DNA of 32,000 nucleotides from a bacterium. Its GTDB lineage: Bacteria > UBP7 > UBA6624 > JBBIMK01. The translations under genes were made by a program, and so were the position numbers. Positions 1-7,786 of the stretch are shown piece after piece (the first letter of the stretch is position 1; every line of letters starts with the position of its first letter). Under the pieces are notes generated by a model. The model was not told the DNA's origin and ran no database searches. It was given only the letters and a program-made list of their open reading frames with translations. Location: contig JBBIMK010000017.1 in NCBI GenBank assembly GCA_037444445.1, forward strand, positions 1 to 32,000, read 5' to 3'.

Positions 1-42
1 AGAGGAAGACTACAACAAGAAGCGAAATAATCCAGAGGACAC

Positions 43-66
43 GGAAGGAAGGAAGGAAGGAAGGAA
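43..66. repeat. Perfect tetranucleotide microsatellite (GGAA)x6, which reads (TTCC)x6 on the minus strand
   Basis: Read directly: six uninterrupted ggaa units span 43..66. Confidence 0.95.
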
Positions 67-140
67 TACTCCATAACTTTTATACTTTCTTCTCATAATT
101 CATCCTCCTTCTGCTGTCTAATTTCCAACCTCGCAATATT

Positions 141-169
141 ATCCTACTACAAGCTAAAGAAAAAGTCAA
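141..169 (-). promoter_or_regulatory. Candidate sigma70-type promoter, TTGACT-N17-TAGGAT, reading toward the left edge of the window
   Basis: On the minus strand, TTGACT is the reverse complement of 164..169 and TAGGAT of 141..146, with a 17-nt spacer. The same two hexamers at the same spacing recur upstream of the PLD-like operon at 31409..31437. Confidence 0.35.
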
Positions 170-192
170 GCGGGGGGGATGAAATCCCGCTT
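155..192 (-). terminator. Rho-independent terminator downstream of the LapA-domain gene
   Basis: The minus strand reads AAGCGGG-(11 nt loop)-CCCGCTT followed by GACTTTTTCTTT. That is a 7-bp GC-rich stem and a U-tract. The plus strand has no T-tract after the stem. Confidence 0.55.
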
Positions 193-325
193 CAGAGGGC
201 AGTGAGATGGGCATTTCGCCCTGCATTTTCAGTGGCAGTGAACCCCTGCGATATTTTAAGCGGGGCTACTAACAAGCGGAGGATGTCTCCCACTTCTTCT
301 ATTTCAGGTAGTTTCTCGCAGGGGG

Positions 326-532
326 TTATTTTGGCTCTTTTTTAAACAGGCTTACGAAGGAACCGATGAAGAATCCGATGACGAGGCAGATGAGAATCAG
401 CAGAACCAGAGGCGCTGTAACATGGAAGAAGAAGATATTCACAGTGGCGGGGGCGGTGTTCTGAAAAATTAGTATCAACGCCAGCACAGAGAGAATCAAA
501 AGAATTATCCACCGCGCTTTGCTCATTTTCAT
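326..532 (-). CDS. Small membrane protein with a LapA-like (DUF1049) domain, 68 aa
   Basis: ATG at 532 is preceded by a purine-rich AAGGAAGGG. The protein has two hydrophobic helices (IILLILSVLALILIF and LVLLILICLVIGFFIGSFV) and a basic C-terminus, the typical LapA-domain layout. It is the last gene of the lipid A block. Confidence 0.6.
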   Translation of the reverse strand: MKMSKARWIILLILSVLALILIFQNTAPATVNIFFFHVTAPLVLLILICLVIGFFIGSFVSLFKKEPK

Positions 533-586
533 CCCTTCCTTCTTTTTCTGGTTTCACCGCCGGAAAGTTATCACAACGGGTGAAAG

Positions 587-1567
587 TTATACTTTCACCA
601 GAGGGGAGATGGGGATGACCTGGCCGGTTCGGGCTGATTTCTCCGCTAATAATGCGGTGCGAAGGGAATACAGGCTCTCTTCTCCGGTGATTTCAGGGAG
701 AGTTTCTCCCCGAACACAGCGGATAAAATGGTCAATCTCCAGGGCTAAGGGTTCCAGTTTCTCCAGGGAGCGTTCCCGGCTCCAGCCTGCCTCCAGGTAG
801 AAGATGCTCTGGTCTATAAAATCGCCGAGGGCAAATCCTTCGGTGCCAGTCATCAGGATTTTGCGGAGTTTAATCGGAGAGCGCCAGGAGATTTCAATGA
901 TGCCCGCCCGGTTCTGATTGAACTTCAGCATCACGCTGGCATGGTCCTCCTGGTCTTCATTGGTGGAGCCGGCGATGGCATACACCGAGATGGCTTTCTC
1001 CCCATACAGGTAAGAGATGACATCAATGTCGTGGATGGCGAAATCCAGGATGATGCCTACATCCTGGATGCGGGCAGGGTAGGGGCTAACCCGGGCGGTG
1101 GAAATGGAAATGGGGTCGCCAATCTTCCGTGTCAGCACCACCTCTTTCAGGCGTTTCACCAGAGGGTTGAACCGCTCCGTGTGCCCGACGAGGAGAATTT
1201 TCCCGCAGTGATTCGCCATGCGTATCATCTTCCGCCCCTCTTCCAGCGTGGGTGAGATGGGCTTCTCCACCAGCACATGGCAGTCCGCTTCCAGGGCATC
1301 CAGGGTGATGTCCGCATGAAATTTCGTAGGCACCGCCACACTCACAATATCCAGCCCCTCTTTTAATAACTGCCGATAATCCGTGAAGGTTTTCAAACGG
1401 TAGCGCTTCTGATGGGCGGAGAGAGTCCGCGGATTGATGTCGGCAATTCCCACCACTTCCACATCTTCCCGCTCGTTGTAGATGCGGAGGTGATGCCGGC
1501 CCATGCTCCCGATACCGATAACGCCCGCACGAAGTAAAAATTTACCCGAAGTGCGCAATGGGCTCAT
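587..1567 (-). CDS. Gfo/Idh/MocA-family NAD(P)-dependent oxidoreductase, possibly a GnnA-like UDP-GlcNAc 3-dehydrogenase
   Basis: N-terminal Rossmann fingerprint AGVIGIGSMGRHH, an EKP motif (VLVEKPIS), and a 326-aa length typical of the family. It overlaps the lpxA 3' end by 26 nt. Confidence 0.85.
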   Translation of the reverse strand: MSPLRTSGKFLLRAGVIGIGSMGRHHLRIYNEREDVEVVGIADINPRTLSAHQKRYRLKTFTDYRQLLKEGLDIVSVAVPTKFHADITLDALEADCHVLVEKPISPTLEEGRKMIRMANHCGKILLVGHTERFNPLVKRLKEVVLTRKIGDPISISTARVSPYPARIQDVGIILDFAIHDIDVISYLYGEKAISVYAIAGSTNEDQEDHASVMLKFNQNRAGIIEISWRSPIKLRKILMTGTEGFALGDFIDQSIFYLEAGWSRERSLEKLEPLALEIDHFIRCVRGETLPEITGEESLYSLRTALLAEKSARTGQVIPISPLVKV

Positions 1568-2318
1568 TCTCCTGAATGAATTTTACCAGATTCTGGACAT
1601 AAGGGGAGGGAGGAATCTCCTGGCGAATTTGCTCTATCGCTTCTTCGCGGTTCGGACTCCGGCGAAGGATGCGATAACAATCCTCTATCTGCTGGATAGT
1701 CTCCTCAGGCACCTGGTGGTTGAGCAAGCCTCTGCGATTCACCTTGAGAATCCGCGCCGGTGGATAGCCCATAGCGGTAACATAAGGGGGGATGTGGTGG
1801 GTGACTCCGCTGGTTCCACCAATCATAGCCATCTGGCCGATTTTCAGTTTTTGATGAATGGCTGCCAATCCTCCGATGACGGCATAATCGCCCACTTCCA
1901 CGAACCCTGCCAGTGTAGCCAGGTTGGTGAGAATCACTCCCCTTCCCAGGCGACAATCATGCCCCACATGGGAAAAAGCCATCAGATAGCACTCATCGCC
2001 GATGGAGGTTACACCACCGGCCTGACTGCCCCGATGGATGGTCACATATTCCCGCACGACAACCTGGTTCCCCAGTTCTACTCGGGAGGGCTCGCCCGCA
2101 TACGATAGATGCTGTGGGGGTGTTCCTATCACTGCACCGTGAGAGATCTGGCAGGCTTGTCCAATGCGGGTCCAGGGTCCGATGAGAACATGGTCGCCTA
2201 TCTCGCTTCTTTGCCCTATTTCAACTTCTGCTTCCACAACGGAGTGAGCACCTATCTTCACTCCCTCTTTTAGAATCGCCGAAGGGTGGATGTAAGATGT
2301 GGGATGAATCTCGCTCAT
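1542..2318 (-). CDS. lpxA: Acyl-ACP--UDP-N-acetylglucosamine O-acyltransferase
   Basis: 258 aa with left-handed beta-helix hexapeptide repeats (IHPSAILKEGVKIGAHSVVEAEVEIG...), the GGTSGVTHHIPPY segment, and a helical C-terminal domain. An ATGA overlap links it to lpxD. Confidence 0.92.
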   Translation of the reverse strand: MSEIHPTSYIHPSAILKEGVKIGAHSVVEAEVEIGQRSEIGDHVLIGPWTRIGQACQISHGAVIGTPPQHLSYAGEPSRVELGNQVVVREYVTIHRGSQAGGVTSIGDECYLMAFSHVGHDCRLGRGVILTNLATLAGFVEVGDYAVIGGLAAIHQKLKIGQMAMIGGTSGVTHHIPPYVTAMGYPPARILKVNRRGLLNHQVPEETIQQIEDCYRILRRSPNREEAIEQIRQEIPPSPYVQNLVKFIQENEPIAHFG

Positions 2319-3331
2319 TCCGCTGATTTCCCGATCACCTTTTTTTCAATTTTCTTCAGGCGCTCGTAGAGTTCAGGCAGTCGCTGGGTGAGCACCAGAA
2401 GGCGGAGGGCGGTGGAGTGAGGGAGGGCGGGATAGCCGGAGACGGTGGCGCCGTCGGGGATGTCGCCGAACACACCGCTCTGCCCGCCGATGGACACCTT
2501 ATCTCCCACCTTCACATGGTCTTTGAATCCCACCTGCCCGCCGATGGTCGCTTCCTTCCCCACGCTGACTGAGCCAGCGAATCCCACCTGCCCCGCAATA
2601 AGCCCTTTTTCGCCGATGTGAACATTATGGCCCACCTGAACCAGGTTATCCAGTTTCGTGTCTTTCTGGATGATAGAAGGGTCTATAGTTCCCGCATCCA
2701 CTGCGGAATTCGCTCCCACTTCCACATCGTTTTCCAGAACCACTCCACCTCTTTGTGGGATGCGAGTCGGCTTTCCCTGTTCAGTCCGGTAGAAACCGAA
2801 GCCCTCTGCTCCCACGATGGCTCCGGGTTTGAGCACCACTCGTTCCCCCAGCCGGGAGCCTTCCATCACCACACTTCCCGGGTAGAGGGTGCACTGTTTA
2901 CCGATGACCACTCCGCGCCCCACATACACGAAGGGGTAGATAGTGGTGCCGGCGCCGACCCGCGCCCCCTCTTCCACCACTGCAAAGGGTCCAATATACA
3001 CCTCCTCGCCGATGACCGCCTCCCTGGACACCCACGCCAGGTCATCAATCCCTCGCCGGAAAGCAAGGGAGGGACGAAAAATCTGCAGTGCCTCCGCCAG
3101 GGCTTTCTTCGGGTTCTCTACAATGAGAAGAGGCTTTTCTGCTTTCCCCTTGAACGGACCGGAGAGGATGGCTGACACCGGGGTTTTGAAGAGTGCTCGC
3201 ACCGTTTTTTCCTCTTCGGCGTAAGCCATACATCCGGGCTTCGGGCGGAAGGCAGAGCAGAGGTCCGCCACTTCTACATCTTCGCCCGTGTGTTGAGCCC
3301 CTATTCGCCTTGCCAGTTCACTCAGAAGCAC
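2315..3331 (-). CDS. lpxD: UDP-3-O-acylglucosamine N-acyltransferase
   Basis: 338 aa with a GTG start. It has the N-terminal LSELARRIGA uridine-binding domain, a long hexapeptide-repeat core (QVGHNVHIGEKGLIAGQVGFAGS...), and a C-terminal helix. Confidence 0.92.
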   Translation of the reverse strand: MLLSELARRIGAQHTGEDVEVADLCSAFRPKPGCMAYAEEEKTVRALFKTPVSAILSGPFKGKAEKPLLIVENPKKALAEALQIFRPSLAFRRGIDDLAWVSREAVIGEEVYIGPFAVVEEGARVGAGTTIYPFVYVGRGVVIGKQCTLYPGSVVMEGSRLGERVVLKPGAIVGAEGFGFYRTEQGKPTRIPQRGGVVLENDVEVGANSAVDAGTIDPSIIQKDTKLDNLVQVGHNVHIGEKGLIAGQVGFAGSVSVGKEATIGGQVGFKDHVKVGDKVSIGGQSGVFGDIPDGATVSGYPALPHSTALRLLVLTQRLPELYERLKKIEKKVIGKSAE

Positions 3332-3385
3332 GACACCCTCTCTTTCGCAACTCCCTTGCCCGAGCCAAATATGGGCAGTTTCTCC

Positions 3386-5134
3386 TTAAAAAAGTTGCCC
3401 AAATCCGAAGTGAAACCGAGTCTCATCCCGTTCAAAATTATAACCGAAATCCAGCCGTATAGGCAATCCACTGAGCTGGGGGATTTTCAAGCGGATGCCT
3501 GCCCCTATGCTGTAAATGGTATCCTGAATCTGAAAGTGTTTACCGATAGCGGAGGCATCGCCGGCATCAAAGAAAATCACAGCTCCGATGGGCTGACCCC
3601 GATACCGCACCTCCGCATTGAACAACCCCATCTTGTCTCCCCGGAGCCTTCCGAATTCGTAGCCCCTCACTGTATCCGTCCCGCCCACATAAAATTGCTC
3701 CACCGCTGGAACCTTCCCGTAAGTAGAGCCACCTTTCAGGCGCCAGGCAAACACAAACTTCTCCTTCCTGTCCAGGGCATAATAGGTGCGATAGCCAGCG
3801 GTGAACTGGTTGTATCCGAAATCCCCCCCGAGGGCTTTGAACCCCAGAGTGTAGCCTGCATCTATCCGGGTTCCTTGAAACGGGTCGTAGATATTCAGCC
3901 GCGTATCCCGGGCCCAGGAGAGGGAGAGAGAATCAATCCGACCCTCCTCCAGGCCTGCCCTTCGGAAAGCCTCGGGGTCCGTTTGCTTCAAATCCTGCCC
4001 GCTGAAAAGGTTCAGCATCTGCTCACGAGAAGATAAAGCAAAGGTGTAGTAGTAAATATCGTGAACAGGCAGGATATAAGTCAGCGTTCCCCCCGTTTCT
4101 ATGGAAGTGTAAGTGGAAAGGGGGTTTCCCTGCTGGGTGCTCCGAATCTCCAGGATATTCTCCTGGCGGAACGCACGGGTTTCCACGGTATTTTCCCGCT
4201 GGTTCCAGAGGGGGTTACGATAGAATATATCAAAGGTGTTCACACGGGGTCCGGTGGCGGCAGAAACCCCAACCTTCTGGGCTCTTCCCTTGAAATTCTC
4301 TTCCGATAGCGCTACAGAAAAGGAAAAGCCAGTGGTTTCGCCGTATCCTGCGCCGAAGGTGAACCGCCCCGTCTTCGTCTCACTCACCCTGAACACCACC
4401 ACAATCAGCCCGTCCTCACTGCCAGGCTTTGCATACCACTCGGGCGGTGCGTCAAATATCCCCAGCCCATACACCCGATACCGGTCCTTCTCCAGTTGCA
4501 AGGCGTTCAGCACATCTCCCGCCTTACTCCGGATTAAAGATAAAACCACCCACGCCTTCGTCCTCCGGTTTCCTTCCACCTGGATGGCTTCAATTTTCCC
4601 TTCCAGAATGTGGAAAGCCAGTTCACCTGTCTGGGGGTTCACCCCCACGCCGGTCACCTGAGAGGCAAGAAATCCTCGCCTCTCATACTCTTTATCCACT
4701 CTCTCCTTCCCCGCCTCTATCTTCTGATGCGTTAACAGTTCACCCGCTGGTATGGAAATAACTTTCACCAACTCCTCCGTGGAAATGACCGTATTCCCCT
4801 GAATCAGGATACGGGTCAGGACCGGCATTTCCTGAACCCTGAGAACAATTTTCACCCCTTCCACCACCGCCTCTGCTTCATAAGTGGGCTTCTCCGTGAA
4901 GGTGCCGAGGGCATAAAGTTTCTCAATGCCCTCCTCAATTTTTGCGGCGGAGAAAGGGTCCCCCACCTTCACTCCCATAGCGTTCAGAATTTCCTCCGTG
5001 CTCACCCGCACATTCCCTTCTACCTGAATTTCTTGTATCAAGAGTTCCTCCTGCGTCCAGACCGGTGGGGAGAAAAGGAACATCAAACTGCCGAAAATTC
5101 CGGCGATAAGCCCTTTCCAGTGAAAAATTCTCAT
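3386..5134 (-). CDS. bamA: Omp85/BamA-family outer membrane protein assembly factor with only three POTRA domains
   Basis: I prefer the ATG at 5134 (GGAGG 8 nt upstream), which gives the signal peptide MRIFHWKGLIAGIFGSLMFLFSPPVWTQ. Three POTRA-like units follow (IQVEGNVRVS, ILIQGNTVIS, IQVEGNRRTK), then a beta-barrel ending in an aromatic C-terminus (FGFGQLF). The ORF-track start at 5206 is a TTG extension. Confidence 0.85.
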   Translation of the reverse strand: MRIFHWKGLIAGIFGSLMFLFSPPVWTQEELLIQEIQVEGNVRVSTEEILNAMGVKVGDPFSAAKIEEGIEKLYALGTFTEKPTYEAEAVVEGVKIVLRVQEMPVLTRILIQGNTVISTEELVKVISIPAGELLTHQKIEAGKERVDKEYERRGFLASQVTGVGVNPQTGELAFHILEGKIEAIQVEGNRRTKAWVVLSLIRSKAGDVLNALQLEKDRYRVYGLGIFDAPPEWYAKPGSEDGLIVVVFRVSETKTGRFTFGAGYGETTGFSFSVALSEENFKGRAQKVGVSAATGPRVNTFDIFYRNPLWNQRENTVETRAFRQENILEIRSTQQGNPLSTYTSIETGGTLTYILPVHDIYYYTFALSSREQMLNLFSGQDLKQTDPEAFRRAGLEEGRIDSLSLSWARDTRLNIYDPFQGTRIDAGYTLGFKALGGDFGYNQFTAGYRTYYALDRKEKFVFAWRLKGGSTYGKVPAVEQFYVGGTDTVRGYEFGRLRGDKMGLFNAEVRYRGQPIGAVIFFDAGDASAIGKHFQIQDTIYSIGAGIRLKIPQLSGLPIRLDFGYNFERDETRFHFGFGQLF

Positions 5135-5251
5135 CCCTGCCCCCTCCACACCCAACAGATTGCCTTTTGGCTGTTCACCGCTTCTGATGTAATAATATAA
5201 ACGCAAAGAGAAAATAAATCAACCCGGAGTGGAAGGGTCAGGGGATAATGT

Positions 5252-6412
5252 TTACAGGGCGCGGGAGAGAGAGTGCATCGCCCGCTCCAGCACATCGTCC
5301 GGCTGGGTGAGAGCCATCCGAAAATATCCCTCTCCGTATTGCCCGTAGCCCACTCCGGGTGAAAGTATCACCTCCGCTTTTTCTACCATATCTTTCACGA
5401 AAGCCATGGAATTATTTTTATAGGTGTGGGGGAGTGGAATCCAGAGATAGAAAGTGCCGAGGCAGGGGAAGGGGGAGAGACCGATTTTCTGCCATTCTGC
5501 CACAACCATATCTCGTCGTCGGCGATAGACCCCTCGCATGTGTTCTGCCACTTCTGAATAGAGGTCCAGAGCCCGGATACCCGCATACTGAACCGGATTA
5601 AATACGCCGGAATCTACATTGGTTTTAATCACATATAGAGCCCGAAGAACCTCCGCATTCCCGGCAATCCATCCCAGTCTCCAGCCGGTCATATTGAAAG
5701 TTTTGGAAAAGGAATGAAGTTCTACCGCCACATCCTTCGCCTCCCTGACCTGTAAAATGCTGGGCGACGGCTCCTGGTAATAAATCTCTGAATAGGCATT
5801 GTCGTGCAGAATCCACAGGGAATGTTCCTTCGCCCACTCCACCGCTTTCTGGAAGAAGGAAAGAGTGGCGGTGGCGGAGGTGGGATTGTTCGGATAGTTC
5901 AAAAGCATCAACCTCGCTCCCTTCCAGTCTTTTTCAGGTATCGCATCCAGATTCGGAAGAAATTGATTCTCAGGAAGGAGGGGCATCCGGTACAAACGGG
6001 CATCCGAGAAATATCCCGATGCAAAGTAGGTGGGGTATGCAGGGTCAGGAGTGAACAGGGTTTCCCCCCGCTCCACCACCCCCCAGACCGTGTGAGCAAT
6101 CCCCTCTTTGGCGCCGATGAGAACCATAATTTCTGTCTCCACATCCAGGCTCACCTGAAATCGCTGTTTCATCCATTCCGCTATCTTTTCTCTTAAAGGC
6201 TTCATTCCAGTATAACTGGGATACCGGTGATTTTCCGGGCGATGTGCCTGAGCGGTCAACTCTTCCACGATTTCCACTGGCGTGGGTGTATCCGGATCCC
6301 CCTGCGCCACATTCATCAAGTGAATTCCCTTCTCCCTCTTCTCCTCAATAATTTTGTCCAGCTCGGCGAAAATGTAAGGAGGAACTTTCTGTATCCGCTC
6401 TGGAAACTTCAC
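5252..6412 (-). CDS. dapL: Class I/II PLP aminotransferase, most consistent with LL-diaminopimelate aminotransferase
   Basis: 386 aa with a GTG start overlapping the aspartate kinase stop (GTGA). Motifs seen: PPYIFAELD, LNYPNNPT, and the PLP-lysine motif SFSKTFNMTGWRLGW. The context is lysine/DAP genes. Confidence 0.75.
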   Translation of the reverse strand: MKFPERIQKVPPYIFAELDKIIEEKREKGIHLMNVAQGDPDTPTPVEIVEELTAQAHRPENHRYPSYTGMKPLREKIAEWMKQRFQVSLDVETEIMVLIGAKEGIAHTVWGVVERGETLFTPDPAYPTYFASGYFSDARLYRMPLLPENQFLPNLDAIPEKDWKGARLMLLNYPNNPTSATATLSFFQKAVEWAKEHSLWILHDNAYSEIYYQEPSPSILQVREAKDVAVELHSFSKTFNMTGWRLGWIAGNAEVLRALYVIKTNVDSGVFNPVQYAGIRALDLYSEVAEHMRGVYRRRRDMVVAEWQKIGLSPFPCLGTFYLWIPLPHTYKNNSMAFVKDMVEKAEVILSPGVGYGQYGEGYFRMALTQPDDVLERAMHSLSRAL

Positions 6413-7662
6413 CTTCCCTCACTCCCTCTGTGGAGTATCTCCAGCACGGAGGCAACATCTTTATGTTCTACAAATAGATGAATGTCAGAATGGAGAGTAA
6501 CGATTTCCCAGATATTTATCCCTTTTCGGGAAATCGGGCGGAGCATTCTCTCCATCACCCCCGGCTGGTAGATGAATTCCGGGCTGGAGAGGGTGATTTT
6601 TCCCAGCCCCTTCTTGATGGTGGAAGAAGTAATGGCAGAGATGCGAAGAGCCTGCCGGCTCATCACCTCATACGCCTGCTCACACGATTTTTCCGGAATG
6701 TAAAAAGCCACCAGGTCATCGCTGAGGGTGACGGAATGAACGGGAATATGCAGGGATTCTAAGGCTTCGGAGAGGGGATTCAGAAGGGTGGGGAAGCGAG
6801 AGAATCCGTGCCCGATGAAGGATACAACGGCAAGGGGCTCCTCGCAAAATGAGAGGGAAACCCGGGAGACGGGATGCACTACCGTTCCAGTCTTTTCCCA
6901 TTTTTCTTCGCCAGCGGGGAGGATGCGAATCGCCGTTTTCTCCGCCATAAAACGGACGGCGGAAGGGTGGAGAACCCGACTCCCCGCACCGGCGAGCATC
7001 TCCAGTTCACGGCTTGTGAGGAAGGAAATCCGACGCCGGGTGGAAGTGAACCGCGGGTCCGCTGTATACACCCCTTCCACATCCTTTATCAGGAGCAACT
7101 CATCCGCATTTAATAGATGGGCAAGGATAAAAGCAGATAGGTCGCTGGCTCCCCTTCCGAGAGTAATAATTCTCCCCCTCTGGTCCCGGGCGGCAAACCC
7201 GCAAACCACCGGCACTACTCTCGCTTCCAGTAAAGGCAAAAGAACATCACGCACCCTTTTCTGGCAGGCAGACTCCCGGAGTTCAAACGGGCGAGGCTCA
7301 TTCCCTTTCTCACCAGAAAGCGGAGGCAGAGGCCCCGAAATCCTCACCTGCACGGGAAAACCCGTATCTCTCGGTAAAATAGCCTTCGCCTTCTGCTTCA
7401 TGGAGCGTAAACAGGCGGCAAAAGCCATCGTCGCCGCCTCCTCACCCAGTATCAAATAACGCTCCAGCTCCGCCTCTTCATATTCCCCAGCGGTAGCATC
7501 AATAAAGATTTTATGCAGGCGGTCCGTCGTATCTCCCATAGCCGATACCACCACCGCCACCTCATCGCCGTCAGAAATCATCGGCGGTATGGTGCCAGCC
7601 ATTTCTCGCAGTTTCTCCGGTGTGGCGAGAACCGCACCACCAAATTTTATCACCCGTCGCAT
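6409..7662 (-). CDS. lysC: Aspartate kinase
   Basis: N-terminal amino-acid-kinase motif VIKFGGAVL, then VVVSAMGDTTD, TLGRGASDLSA, and C-terminal ACT-like repeats. I prefer the ATG at 7662 (MRRVIKFGG); the ORF track starts at a GTG at 7674. Confidence 0.9.
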   Translation of the reverse strand: MRRVIKFGGAVLATPEKLREMAGTIPPMISDGDEVAVVVSAMGDTTDRLHKIFIDATAGEYEEAELERYLILGEEAATMAFAACLRSMKQKAKAILPRDTGFPVQVRISGPLPPLSGEKGNEPRPFELRESACQKRVRDVLLPLLEARVVPVVCGFAARDQRGRIITLGRGASDLSAFILAHLLNADELLLIKDVEGVYTADPRFTSTRRRISFLTSRELEMLAGAGSRVLHPSAVRFMAEKTAIRILPAGEEKWEKTGTVVHPVSRVSLSFCEEPLAVVSFIGHGFSRFPTLLNPLSEALESLHIPVHSVTLSDDLVAFYIPEKSCEQAYEVMSRQALRISAITSSTIKKGLGKITLSSPEFIYQPGVMERMLRPISRKGINIWEIVTLHSDIHLFVEHKDVASVLEILHRGSEGR

Positions 7663-7703
7663 CCCATTACCCACCGCTGTTATTATATACCCCGCACCTT
7701 TTC

Positions 7704-7742
7704 CACCTTTTGGGGTCAGGCACCAAACGGTGTCATTATTGC
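7704..7742. repeat. Copy 1 of a 39-nt hairpin repeat (CACCTTTTGGGGTCAGGCACCAAACGGTGTCATTATTGC)
   Basis: It is identical over 39 nt to 8615..8653. It lies in the divergent intergenic region between aspartate kinase and the CPBP gene. The outer stem is degenerate here, reading tcCACC instead of GACACC. Confidence 0.9.
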
Positions 7743-7786
7743 GGTCTCATTCGAGGAGGGGGTGTAAAATAAAGGGGGATACAGAA

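Noticed and set aside
36-70. The GGAAGGAAG run resembles the SRP (4.5S) RNA domain IV sequence GGAAGGAAGCAGCC
   Set aside because: The match is only the repeat itself. The GCAGCC continuation, the symmetric-loop partner strand and the closing helix are all absent.
150-240. GAAAAAGTCAAGCGGG and CAGAGGGCAG faintly resemble the RNase P RNA 5' region (GGAAAGTCCGGGC...CAGGGCAG)
   Set aside because: The available non-coding space is far too short for RNase P RNA, and the P4 3' strand and other universal elements are missing. The hairpin is better explained as a terminator.
3290-4036. Long antisense ORFs inside confident minus-strand genes (also 6788..7459, 14978..15730, 23119..23838, 28649..28993 and many shorter ones)
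   Set aside because: Each lies entirely within a gene that has clear family motifs on the other strand. All are Arg/Pro/Gly-rich, as expected for antisense frames, and none shows a recognisable motif or SD.
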